From Candidatus Aenigmatarchaeota archaeon (GTDB lineage Archaea; Aenigmatarchaeota; Aenigmatarchaeia; CG10238-14; SpSt-28), in assembly GCA_038733315.1 (NCBI GenBank), contig JAVYPJ010000002.1, forward strand, positions 192,001 to 256,000: 64,000 nt of DNA. Direction: 5' to 3'. The notes beneath the pieces are model-generated. The model was not told the origin of the DNA, searched no databases, and saw only the letters and a program-made list of their open reading frames with translations. The position numbers were made by a program, and so were the translations under genes. Within the stretch, counting starts at the first letter, position 1, and each line of letters starts with the position of its first letter. Of the stretch, positions 18,166 to 27,411 are shown one piece after another.

Positions 18166-18369
18166 ATGAGAAAATTTCCAATAAATACTTTAAGGAGGTT
18201 GGCAAAGGAGTTAAAAGTTAGAAGACTATCCAAAGAAGCTATAGAGGAGCTTCAATTTTTTATAGAGTACAAAACAAAAAAAATTTTAGAATTAGCAAAA
18301 GAGATTATGATAAACTCTAAAAGAAAAACCCTAAAAAAGGAAGATATTTTATTAACTGTCAAAAAATGA
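18166..18369 (+). CDS. Archaeal histone (HMf-like fold, variant)
   Basis: FP...RR.AK, RLSKEA, KRKTLKKEDI; 67 aa. Confidence 0.88.
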   Translation: MRKFPINTLRRLAKELKVRRLSKEAIEELQFFIEYKTKKILELAKEIMINSKRKTLKKEDILLTVKK

Positions 18370-18376
18370 GATTATT

Positions 18377-19516
18377 ATGGAAAAGAAAACAAAAATAACT
18401 CCGTGGGAAGTTAAGGGAAAAATAGAATATGAAAAAGTTGCAAACGAATTTGGCCTAAAAATAATAGATGAAGACATAAAAGAAAAAATTAAAAAAATTG
18501 CAAAAGAAATTCATATTCTAATAAGAAGGGGCTATTTTTTTGCTCATAGAGATTTGGATTTAGTTTTAAAAGATTATGAAAATGGCAAAAAATTTTTTCT
18601 ATATACAGGCAGAGCACCAAGCGGGCCAATGCATATTGGTCACTTAATTCCATTTATTCTAACAAAATGGCTTCAAGAAAAATTCGAAGCTAATGTTTAC
18701 ATAGAAATACCAGATGAAGAAAAATTTGTAGCTGGAAAGGCGAAATTGGAAGAAATTGAATATTGGACAAAAGATAATTTATTAGATATCGCTGCTTTAA
18801 ATTTTGATGAGGATAAAACATTCATTTTTCTAACAAGTGAATATATAAAAAACATTTATAAATTAGCGATAAGAATTTCGTCTAAAATTAATTTTTCTAC
18901 AGCAAAAGCTATATTCGGCTTTACAAACCAATCTAATATAGGGATAATTTTTTACCCAGCGATTCAACTAGCACCAACTTTTTTCGAAGATTGCTATTGT
19001 TTAATTCCAGCTTCTCTAGATCAAGACCCTTATTGGAGATTACAAAGAGATATTGCAGAAAAGCTTAACGGAAAAAAATCTGCTCAAATAACTTCAAAAT
19101 TCTTAGTCCCATTAACAGGAATAGAAGGAAAAATGAGTTCTAGCGATCCAAAAACAGCAATATTTCTAAATGATTCAGAAGAAGAAGTAAAAGAAAAAAT
19201 TTTTAAATATGCATTTTCTGGAGGGCAGCCAACTATAGAATTGCATAGAAAGCTTGGAGGTAATCCAGAAATAGATGTTTGCTTTCAGTGGCTATATGCT
19301 TTTTTTGAAGAAGATGATAAAAAAATAGAAGAAATAAAAGAAAAGTATAAGAGTGGAGAATTATTAACTGGAGAGTTAAAAGAATATGCATCTAAAAAAA
19401 TATCTGAATTTTTAAAAGAGCATCAAAAAAGAAAAAAACACGCTGAAGATAAGTTAAGAAAGTATATGTATGAAGGAAAGTTAGCTAATGAAATGTTAAA
19501 CAAAATCTATTCATGA
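18377..19516 (+). CDS. trpS: Tryptophanyl-tRNA synthetase
   Basis: ITPWEV, LYTGRAPSGPMHIGH, DQDPY, KMSSS, AFSGG. Confidence 0.97.
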   Translation: MEKKTKITPWEVKGKIEYEKVANEFGLKIIDEDIKEKIKKIAKEIHILIRRGYFFAHRDLDLVLKDYENGKKFFLYTGRAPSGPMHIGHLIPFILTKWLQEKFEANVYIEIPDEEKFVAGKAKLEEIEYWTKDNLLDIAALNFDEDKTFIFLTSEYIKNIYKLAIRISSKINFSTAKAIFGFTNQSNIGIIFYPAIQLAPTFFEDCYCLIPASLDQDPYWRLQRDIAEKLNGKKSAQITSKFLVPLTGIEGKMSSSDPKTAIFLNDSEEEVKEKIFKYAFSGGQPTIELHRKLGGNPEIDVCFQWLYAFFEEDDKKIEEIKEKYKSGELLTGELKEYASKKISEFLKEHQKRKKHAEDKLRKYMYEGKLANEMLNKIYS

Positions 19517-20322
19517 ATGAAATTATTGAAATTTTAAATCAGATAGAAAAAAACTTTGGGAAAATTACACATAACGAATTTCTAAATCTTTTAAATAATA
19601 TAAAAAAACAAAATTTAGTTGAGAAATTAAGCGATGAAGTTTTTGTAATAGGAGATTTGCATGGCGATTACGATTCTTTAATAAATTTATTAAAATTTGT
19701 AGAAAATGAAAAAATTGTTTTTTTAGGTGATTATGGAGATAGAGGAAATTATCAAGTTGATGTTTATTATACAATAATAAAGCTAAAGAATGAATTAAAA
19801 GATAGAGTAATCCTATTGAGAGGTAATCACGAATTCTTCAAAAATTTCTTAGTATCTCCACATGATTTACCAAGACAACTATTAGCAAGGTTTGGGAATA
19901 AAGCTCTAGAAATTTATGAAGAAATAAAAAACTTTTGGGAAAAAATGAGCTTAGCAGCTTATAATAAAGATATATTTTTTGTTCACGGCGGAATTCCTAT
20001 AGAAAAAATAAAGATAGAAGAAATAGAAAAGCAAACTATTTCTGTATGGAATCAATTATTGTGGAACGATCCTATAGAAAAACAAGGTTTTTATCCTTCC
20101 TATAGAGGTATTGGATACCTTTTTGGAAGCGATATAACGAATGATTTTTTAGAAAAAAACAAAAAAAAGATTATAATAAGATCTCATGAACCATGTAACG
20201 GAATAAAGTACAATCATAACAATAAAGTTATTACTATTTTCTCGATGAAAGGTTACTACGGAAATGAAAAAGTAGCTGCTATAAGAATTAGAAAAGAAGA
20301 AATAGAAAAGATAATTATTTAA
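19513..20322 (+). CDS. PPP-family Ser/Thr protein phosphatase
   Basis: GDLHG, GDYGDRG, LRGNHE, HGG, LLWNDP, IRSHE. Confidence 0.92.
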   Translation: MNEIIEILNQIEKNFGKITHNEFLNLLNNIKKQNLVEKLSDEVFVIGDLHGDYDSLINLLKFVENEKIVFLGDYGDRGNYQVDVYYTIIKLKNELKDRVILLRGNHEFFKNFLVSPHDLPRQLLARFGNKALEIYEEIKNFWEKMSLAAYNKDIFFVHGGIPIEKIKIEEIEKQTISVWNQLLWNDPIEKQGFYPSYRGIGYLFGSDITNDFLEKNKKKIIIRSHEPCNGIKYNHNNKVITIFSMKGYYGNEKVAAIRIRKEEIEKIII

Positions 20323-21089
20323 TGGCGCTATATTTTGTAGGTTTGGGAGTTGCCAACATTAAGGATATAAGTATAAGAGGCCTAGAGTTAATTAAAGAAA
20401 GTGATTTGATTTTTCTAGAAAATTATACTAGTTTATTTGAAAGCTCAAAGGAAGAAATAGAAAAGATAATAAACAAAGAAATAAAAATTCTAAGTAGAAA
20501 AGAATTAGAGGAAGAATATGAAAAAATTTTAGAGTTAGCAAAAAATAAGAAAGTTTGTATTTTAGTTTTTGGAGAGCCTTTTTTTGCAACAACTCATGTT
20601 TTTTTAAGAAACGAAGCTCTAAAAAGAAAAATAGAGGTTAAAATAGCTCATTCCTCTTGCTCCCTATGTTCAATTTTCTCTTTTGGAATAAGCTGCTATA
20701 AAATAGGAAAAATTATAACTATTCCTCTAAAATCAAAAATTTCGGATTATCCAAAAAGCATTTACGAGTTTATAAAACAAAATAAAAACAAAAAATTACA
20801 TACAATTCTTTTATTAGATATAGATGTTGAAAAAAAAGAATTTTTAAAACCTAAGGACGCTTTGAATTTCTTAATAGAAATAGAAAGGGAGTTTAAAGAA
20901 AATGTTATTAATGAAAATGATTTAGTAGCTATAATCAGTAAAATAGGTTATAATGAAGAAAAACTGTTCTTCGGAAAAATAAAAGATTTAATAGAAAGAG
21001 AAATAGAAATCCCAGCTATTATAGTACTTCTAGCTGAATTGTCAAAAATAGAAAAAGAAAGCTTAGAACTGTTATCAGAAAAGGTTTAA
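20322..21089 (+). CDS. dph5: Diphthine synthase
   Basis: LYFVGLG, LENYTS, GEPFFATTH, YKIGK..TIP, LHT.LLLDI. Confidence 0.95.
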   Translation: MALYFVGLGVANIKDISIRGLELIKESDLIFLENYTSLFESSKEEIEKIINKEIKILSRKELEEEYEKILELAKNKKVCILVFGEPFFATTHVFLRNEALKRKIEVKIAHSSCSLCSIFSFGISCYKIGKIITIPLKSKISDYPKSIYEFIKQNKNKKLHTILLLDIDVEKKEFLKPKDALNFLIEIEREFKENVINENDLVAIISKIGYNEEKLFFGKIKDLIEREIEIPAIIVLLAELSKIEKESLELLSEKV

Positions 21090-21092
21090 AAA

Positions 21093-21623
21093 TCACTTAG
21101 AAGGTTTAAGAGAAAAGTAAATTATTATAGAAAATATGAGAAGGAAAACTATTAATGCTATTGTGGAATAAACTTCTTCTTCCATAGAAGAAATAGAAAA
21201 AGCAAAGCCCCTGAAAACTACTAATCCTATTACTATAAAAACTGAAAGTGTTAGAAAGAATATGAAAATGAAAGAAGTCTTATCTATTTGTTTTTTGCCA
21301 ACTTCTTCTAAGGCTGGTTTAAATATAAAGGGTAAAAACATTATTACTATAATTGATATCATTACAAAAATTGTATAAATCAAAAATCCGGAAAGATATT
21401 GAGTAATATCTATACCAGCAATTATAGGTGCTGCAGAAACTAAAAAAGCTGCAGATATAGATATGACAGAATTCACAGCCATGTTTTCCTTAGGATCTCC
21501 AAAAATTTTACTTTTCCTAAGCAAACCGTAAAAAACTGCGGATGTTAATATAAAGGGTATTATAAACTTAAAAAATCCAAGATTGTTCAAAGTTATTATT
21601 AAATTCGAGATGGGATCTACCAT
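21093..21623 (-). CDS. Multi-pass membrane protein (paralog family A)
   Basis: About 5 TM segments; IIPFILTSAVFYGLLRKSKIFG motif. Confidence 0.75.
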   Translation of the reverse strand: MVDPISNLIITLNNLGFFKFIIPFILTSAVFYGLLRKSKIFGDPKENMAVNSVISISAAFLVSAAPIIAGIDITQYLSGFLIYTIFVMISIIVIMFLPFIFKPALEEVGKKQIDKTSFIFIFFLTLSVFIVIGLVVFRGFAFSISSMEEEVYSTIALIVFLLIFSIIIYFSLKPSK

Positions 21624-21626
21624 ATT

Positions 21627-22190
21627 TTACCTTATTGTCACCCTTCCAGCTATTACTATTATAATAGCAAGAATTATTAATAAAACTAGTAAACCAAGAG
21701 TAAAAGTTATTTCAGATGGCGTTGAACTTACAGAGCTTGTATGAGTTTTTTCGTAAGCAACGCTTGGGCCGCCAAGTGTTGAAATAATAATAGTAAGCAT
21801 TCCACTAGTTATAAGAACTAAAATACCGAAAATTAACATAACGCTTAACATCATTCTACTATTTTGAAACCTCTCCAAAACTTTCAAAAAATCCGGATAA
21901 AACATAGAAGAAACTATAAGACCAACTAAGAAAATTATCGCTATAATAAACATCTGAACAAAGAAAGTAGATAAAAATATGGAAATGTCTATACCACTAA
22001 TAACTGGAAAGACTAAAACGAGTAAAAAAACTAAGAAAGAAATTAATCCGGAAATAGACTTAGATTCAACTATTTTTGACCTTGTTAAAAAAACATAAGT
22101 CAATGTCATAAACAAAATCGATGGTACTACAAAAGTTATTATTCCGCTTTCTATTAGACTCAATATAGCATTTTCTATATAATTCTCCAT
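21627..22190 (-). CDS. Multi-pass membrane protein (paralog family A)
   Basis: About 5 TM segments; VVPSILFMTLTYVFLTRSKIV motif. Confidence 0.75.
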   Translation of the reverse strand: MENYIENAILSLIESGIITFVVPSILFMTLTYVFLTRSKIVESKSISGLISFLVFLLVLVFPVISGIDISIFLSTFFVQMFIIAIIFLVGLIVSSMFYPDFLKVLERFQNSRMMLSVMLIFGILVLITSGMLTIIISTLGGPSVAYEKTHTSSVSSTPSEITFTLGLLVLLIILAIIIVIAGRVTIR

Positions 22191-22192
22191 AA

Positions 22193-22921
22193 TTAGACCT
22201 TAAGTTTTTGTACTATTTCGCCCAATAATCTAACGCTTTCTATTAATGAAGGTAGCAACTCTTTTAAGGTCTTGCTTAAAGTATCTACTTTAATAGATAG
22301 CTCGCTTACCATATCTCTATTTAATCTAATTTCACTAAGAATTTTATTTAGCTCGTCTTTGCTTCCTTTTGATAAATCCTCTATTTCCTCCTTTAGACTC
22401 AAAATCCTCTCTTCAAACTCTTTAAATCTTAAATTTGTCTCCATAAGTCTCTTGTTAATTTCCTGCATTTTTTCCCTAAGTAAGTATTCTATATATTCCT
22501 CTAAGCTTACATAGTCTATTTGTGTATCTACAGCTTCTTCTTTTTTCGTTTGCGCTTGTTGAGTTGTTGAAAGAGGTGCTGAAGCTATAGGTTGAAATGC
22601 TTGTTGTTGAAATTGCGATTGAATGCTTGCTTGGATGTTTTGAGGTTGTTGTGTATAAATTTGTTGATTTTGCGGTACTAATTCTGTTTGTTGAGTAATA
22701 GAGGTTTTTTCAACTTGAGTCTGCAAGCTCCTACTACTTAAAGCTTCCATAAGAGCCTTATCTATTTCTTCTGGGGAAAATCCTTCTTTTCTTAATAAAT
22801 CGATAATTTCGATTTCGCTAAAACCCTTGTCTAACAAGTTTTTAACCCTTTCTACAGGAATCTCGCCTTTACCAACTTTTACCTCTTTTTTGCCACTAAA
22901 TAACCCGCCAAACATACTCAT
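22193..22921 (-). CDS. Hypothetical protein: small helical N-domain, Gln-rich linker, C-terminal coiled coil
   Basis: KGFSEIEIIDLLRKEGFSPEEIDKAL, then Q/P/T/S-rich segment, then heptad-rich region. Confidence 0.75.
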   Translation of the reverse strand: MSMFGGLFSGKKEVKVGKGEIPVERVKNLLDKGFSEIEIIDLLRKEGFSPEEIDKALMEALSSRSLQTQVEKTSITQQTELVPQNQQIYTQQPQNIQASIQSQFQQQAFQPIASAPLSTTQQAQTKKEEAVDTQIDYVSLEEYIEYLLREKMQEINKRLMETNLRFKEFEERILSLKEEIEDLSKGSKDELNKILSEIRLNRDMVSELSIKVDTLSKTLKELLPSLIESVRLLGEIVQKLKV

Positions 22922-22927
22922 AAATTA

Positions 22928-23314
22928 TTATTTATTTTTAATATTTATTAATTCATTAACAATCCTTTTAACTTCTTCTCTAGTAACAAAATTAGATCTT
23001 ATTGGATTAAACAACTCGAACAATTCCTTTATTTCTTTGACTTCAATCACATCAGCTTTTTTCTTAAGCTCTGCCTTAATCTTTTCTATTTCAATATTAA
23101 TAGAATTTAACTCGTTTTTTAAATCTTCAATAGCTGCCTTATTTTTGTTATTTTCTTCATTAAAATTTTTTATTATTTTATCGATTTTTTCATTAGTATT
23201 CCTAATCTCCATTTCTATTTTAGTTATTCTCTGATCTATCATCCTTATTTGTAAATTTAAGTCATTCAATAAACTAATAAACTTTTGGTCGCTAGAAAAA
23301 GACTCACTCGCCAT
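22928..23314 (-). CDS. Coiled-coil protein (start probably MASE at 23314)
   Basis: Long heptad run followed by ELFNPIRSNFVTREEV. Confidence 0.7.
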   Translation of the reverse strand: MASESFSSDQKFISLLNDLNLQIRMIDQRITKIEMEIRNTNEKIDKIIKNFNEENNKNKAAIEDLKNELNSINIEIEKIKAELKKKADVIEVKEIKELFELFNPIRSNFVTREEVKRIVNELINIKNK

Positions 23315-23345
23315 AATTAATTGTAGTCCAGAAAAATTATATATT

Positions 23346-25574
23346 ATGGAAATTAATGTAATAGAGAACAAGCTACAAATAGACTTGAGGTCTGGATGGA
23401 GCGATTTAATAACTATCGAAGATGGAAGAGAAACTATGAAATTAGTTATAGAAAATTTGCTTGCAAATAAAAATATTGTAGATATAATAATTCTAGGTGA
23501 TAGAGAGCTTGAGTATGATTTCGAAAAAATAAAAATACTAAGAGAAATAGCAAATTGCTATGAAGCCATAAACTATAAAAAATTATTAACTCCGCTTCCA
23601 GAAGAAATAAAATTTTTTGAAAGCCTATCTACAAATTTTGAAATATTGAATAATATTGTCGAAAACATTAAATCGGACATTATAGAAAGTTACAAAAAAT
23701 TAGTATTACTGAAAAAAAGACTATCCTTCTTAGCACAAAAAACTAAGAACAATGTTTTAGCGTTTTTCATCGAAAAACACATAATACCTATAATAGATGA
23801 AATGAAAAAAACCACTATAATTAAACTCTTGATAGAAAAAGAAGAAATAGAAAAATACATTTATAAACCAAAAGATAGGAGTATATATAGAGAAATACTT
23901 TCACCAATAATAAGACCGATATTCATGGAAACGAAATTTTATTTAGTTTTGCCAAAAGATTCTATAAAAATAGAAGAGTATGAAATAAAAGGAAACTTAA
24001 AGGTTGAAATTTATAAAGTTCCTAATAAAGTTAGATACATTTATGTTTTGCACGCCCCAGAATTCTATTTAAATAGCGATGAAATAAGAATATTAGAAAG
24101 GGTTAGAGAATATTTAACAGAACATAAGCCAAGTGAAGCAGAATTAAGGGATTTTCAAAAAACAAGAGAAGCGTTTTATAATTTAGAGTTAGATTTAATA
24201 AAAAGAGTTGCTGAAGAGCTCAATACACCAATACCAGAAAAAAGAGTTAAGGAATTAGCAGATATATTAGTTAGATATACTGTAGGTTTTGGAATTTTAG
24301 AAAGAATTCTTGCAGATGAAAACGTCACAGATATTTATATTAATGCACCTATAGGAATGCTCCCAATATTTGTTCAACACGTAAATTATGAAGAATGCGA
24401 AACGAATATAGTTATTTCAGCAATAGAGGCAGAAAACTGGGCAACTAAGTTTAGATTATACTCTGGAAGACCATTAGATGAAGCTAATCCAGTATTAGAT
24501 ACTGAACTAAACATTCCAGAGGGTAGAGCTAGAGTTGCGATTACTACTAGAAGCTTAAATCCAGAAGGTTTATCTTTTGCATTTAGAAGGCATAGAGATA
24601 AACCATGGACCTTACCTTTATTAATAAAAAAGAAAGCAATTAATCCACTGTTTGCTGGATTAATGAACTTTATTGCAGCAGGCGGTAGAAGTTTCTTAGT
24701 TGCTGGTGGAAGAGGTTCTGGAAAAACTAGTTTATTAGGGGCAATAATGTTAGAAATACCAAGAAAATATAGAATAATAGTTATTGAAGATACCCTAGAA
24801 TTACCAGTACCACAGATGAGAGAGCTTGGATTTAATGTAGAAAGATTAAAATCAAGAAGTGTAATTACAAAAGTAGAAAGCGAATTGCCAGCTGAAGAAG
24901 CATTAAGAACTGCATTAAGATTAGGAGATAGTGCATTAATAATTGGTGAAATTAGATCTACAGAAGCATTAACACTTTTTGAAGCGATGAGAGTTGGTGC
25001 ATTAGCACATAGCGTTGCTGGAACTATTCATGGCGAATCTGCATATGGAGTTTTCGATAGAGTTGTTAACGATCTAAAAGTTCCTAAGACAAGCTTTAAA
25101 GCAGTAGATTTAATAATAATTTCAGCAAACTTAAAATCGGCAGATGGACTAAGAAGATATAAAAGAGTTGTTGAAGTTGTTGAAGTTAAAAAACATTGGG
25201 AAGAAGATCCATTAGCTGAAAACGCGTTTGTTCCATTAATGATTTATAATGCAAAAGAAGATAGTTTGCTACCAACCCAAACATTAATTAATGGAGAAAG
25301 TTTTGTTATTAGAGAAATTTCAAAAAGAATACCAGAGTTTTATGGAAATTGGGATTTGGTATGGAATAATATTTTACTTAGAGCAAAAATAAAACAAAGG
25401 TTAGTTGAGCTAAGCGAAGAACTTAAAAAACCCGAACTCTTAGAGGCTGATTTTGTTGTATGGAGCAATGAATTGTTTAATTTAATTTCTGAAGAAGTAA
25501 AAAATGAAATTGGGAAATTAGATTCCAATGAAATTTATAAGAGATGGGAAGAAAAGGTTATGGAAAAAATTTAA
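23346..25574 (+). CDS. Large type II/IV secretion (VirB11/TadA/ArlI-like) ATPase
   Basis: Walker A GGRGSGKT, Asp box IEDTLEL, Walker B IIGEIRS, GTIHG; long N-terminal extension. Confidence 0.93.
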   Translation: MEINVIENKLQIDLRSGWSDLITIEDGRETMKLVIENLLANKNIVDIIILGDRELEYDFEKIKILREIANCYEAINYKKLLTPLPEEIKFFESLSTNFEILNNIVENIKSDIIESYKKLVLLKKRLSFLAQKTKNNVLAFFIEKHIIPIIDEMKKTTIIKLLIEKEEIEKYIYKPKDRSIYREILSPIIRPIFMETKFYLVLPKDSIKIEEYEIKGNLKVEIYKVPNKVRYIYVLHAPEFYLNSDEIRILERVREYLTEHKPSEAELRDFQKTREAFYNLELDLIKRVAEELNTPIPEKRVKELADILVRYTVGFGILERILADENVTDIYINAPIGMLPIFVQHVNYEECETNIVISAIEAENWATKFRLYSGRPLDEANPVLDTELNIPEGRARVAITTRSLNPEGLSFAFRRHRDKPWTLPLLIKKKAINPLFAGLMNFIAAGGRSFLVAGGRGSGKTSLLGAIMLEIPRKYRIIVIEDTLELPVPQMRELGFNVERLKSRSVITKVESELPAEEALRTALRLGDSALIIGEIRSTEALTLFEAMRVGALAHSVAGTIHGESAYGVFDRVVNDLKVPKTSFKAVDLIIISANLKSADGLRRYKRVVEVVEVKKHWEEDPLAENAFVPLMIYNAKEDSLLPTQTLINGESFVIREISKRIPEFYGNWDLVWNNILLRAKIKQRLVELSEELKKPELLEADFVVWSNELFNLISEEVKNEIGKLDSNEIYKRWEEKVMEKI

Positions 25575-25586
25575 GAACTTAGTTCT

Positions 25587-26513
25587 TTAAGATAGTCCCC
25601 TAAGAACTTCCCTTATTTTTTCTTTGGCCTGTTGTTTGTCTTGAATGGTATCTATCTCAGTTATAGAAAGAGTAGAAGTAACAGCTTTCAAACCTTCATA
25701 CTCCTCTCGCAAGTTTTTTAATTTGTTTTTTATTTCCTCTAAAGGTAAGGCGTCTACCTTCTTTAATAATTCCTCAAACTTTTGTCTAGCCTCTTTAGCT
25801 TTCTGAGCAAGGATTTTTAACTCAATGCTATATTTTTCTGCCTTAATAAATCCATATCCTCTAAAGAAAGCGCCAGCTAAAAACATTGCTACAAAAATCG
25901 CTACAGAAAATGCTCCTAATATGCTGAACCAACTAGCAACTAAAAGAATAAAAATTCCCATCGGTAATGTCATGAAAGTTATAATAAAGGCTATTAAAGC
26001 TTCTATTGGTCTACCAACTCCTTCAAATATTTTAAGTTGTTTTAAAAAAGCCCATGTGATTACGTATATTGCAGCGAATGGTAGTATGAAAAAATATAGC
26101 AAAGCTGGCATATAGCAAGATATACTTTCGCTTATATTCAAACTGCTTAAAACTTTACAAACTGGTTGCGGCAATTGATAAATCTTAAATCCTTTAAATT
26201 CCTCCCTTCTAAACAATTCCTCTGGATTATCTGGAAATATTTTTACGTATCCAAACCTCTGTAAAATCGGTAGTAAAAATATAGTTATAATTAAAACTGA
26301 GTATAGCAAGATGGGCAACCATCCAAATCCGCCTCTAAATTTCAAAACACCGCCCAAATAAAGAAGAATTAAAACTATAGATAATATTACAACTACAACT
26401 ATAATACCTTCCATTATAGACTCTATACCTTGACTATAAACTGGAAAAATGAAAAAAACTGTAAATAACAAAAAAAGCGTAAAAATATTCAAACTGATTT
26501 TTTTATTGCTCAT
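25587..26513 (-). CDS. Multi-pass membrane protein with C-terminal coiled coil (paralog family A domain)
   Basis: Several TMs including FILPFAAIYVITWAFLKQLKIFEG; charged helical tail. Confidence 0.75.
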   Translation of the reverse strand: MSNKKISLNIFTLFLLFTVFFIFPVYSQGIESIMEGIIVVVVILSIVLILLYLGGVLKFRGGFGWLPILLYSVLIITIFLLPILQRFGYVKIFPDNPEELFRREEFKGFKIYQLPQPVCKVLSSLNISESISCYMPALLYFFILPFAAIYVITWAFLKQLKIFEGVGRPIEALIAFIITFMTLPMGIFILLVASWFSILGAFSVAIFVAMFLAGAFFRGYGFIKAEKYSIELKILAQKAKEARQKFEELLKKVDALPLEEIKNKLKNLREEYEGLKAVTSTLSITEIDTIQDKQQAKEKIREVLRGLS

Positions 26514-26561
26514 AATTTTTTATATGTAATCTTCTTATATAAATATCTTTGCTACCAAATT

Positions 26562-27194
26562 TCATTTGTTTATAGATACGAACCCTGCATCTACTAAAAT
26601 ATTTGCTATTTCCCTACTTAATTCAACCACGCTATCTTTTTCGTATGGCCCATACCAATTTCCATCAGGCCCAATAAACTTTGGAATTTCAACTAGAACT
26701 CTCACCTTAACAACATTATCGTTAGCTGATTTAAAATTTTCTTCCTGATTAACTTCTTTTTGAACATTTGAAGTTTCTCTATTTTCTATATTAATATTTT
26801 CATTAACATTCTTAACATCTTTTTTAATTTCATCACTCTCAAATAACTTTTTTTTCATTTCCTTAACCAAATCTATTATCTTAAAAAATATTTCCTCTTC
26901 GTTTTCAGTCATATTTGGCGGTAAACTACCGCTTTTCAAAAAAACAAACACGCCATCAATAATTTTTTTAATCCTTAAAGATAAAATATCATCTACCATC
27001 TTTTTAGCGCTCTTTAGTTCGTGCTTAACTTTTTCATCTTGTGTAGATTTATAAATTTCTTCCTTAGAGTTTAGATAATAATTAACCTTCTTAAAAAAAT
27101 CCTTAGGAAGTAAAGAGAGTTTATTTTCACTTTTTTCCGCAATATAAGCCTCTCTTATATAATCAAAAGTTATTATTTCTTCTATGTCCTCCAT
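26562..27194 (-). CDS. GINS subunit Gins51 (Gins15)
   Basis: EK....LS.LP.DF, R.KKI, N.T.NE..IF; C-terminal B-domain VRVLVEIPKFIGPDG..YGP. Confidence 0.85.
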   Translation of the reverse strand: MEDIEEIITFDYIREAYIAEKSENKLSLLPKDFFKKVNYYLNSKEEIYKSTQDEKVKHELKSAKKMVDDILSLRIKKIIDGVFVFLKSGSLPPNMTENEEEIFFKIIDLVKEMKKKLFESDEIKKDVKNVNENINIENRETSNVQKEVNQEENFKSANDNVVKVRVLVEIPKFIGPDGNWYGPYEKDSVVELSREIANILVDAGFVSINK

Positions 27195-27242
27195 AAAATA
27201 ACTTCTAAAAAATATTTTATGTATTTCTATACTGCTTTATCT

Positions 27243-27410
27243 CTAATACTCATCTATAATTTCTACTTTCTCTAATTTCGCCTTTCCCCCAGTGGGTCTA
27301 GCAATAATTTGATTACAATTCAAACATTTTACAATAGTACTTGCCTTCTCAAAAATTATTTGTTCGCTTCTGCACTTTAAACAAACTACTTTTAAAAACT
27401 TCCCTGCCAT
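27243..27410 (-). CDS. rps27e: 30S ribosomal protein S27e
   Basis: Not in ORF track (55 aa): MAGKFLKVVCLKCRSEQIIFEKASTIVKCLNCNQIIARPTGGKAK; follows rpl44e. Confidence 0.95.
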   Translation of the reverse strand: MAGKFLKVVCLKCRSEQIIFEKASTIVKCLNCNQIIARPTGGKAKLEKVEIIDEY

Positions 27411-27411
27411 A

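Noticed and set aside
17739..18233. Track start for mgtC overlapping the histone gene; similar over-extended starts at 14140, 23371, 42662 and 59473
   Set aside because: Downstream ATGs match family N-termini or ATGA coupling and remove the overlaps
22550..22720. CAA-rich stretch resembling a repeat array
   Set aside because: Encodes the Gln-rich linker; no fixed repeat-spacer period, so not CRISPR
23346..25574. Archaellum (arl/fla) assignment for the ATPase locus
   Set aside because: No archaellin, ArlH or ArlJ recognisable nearby
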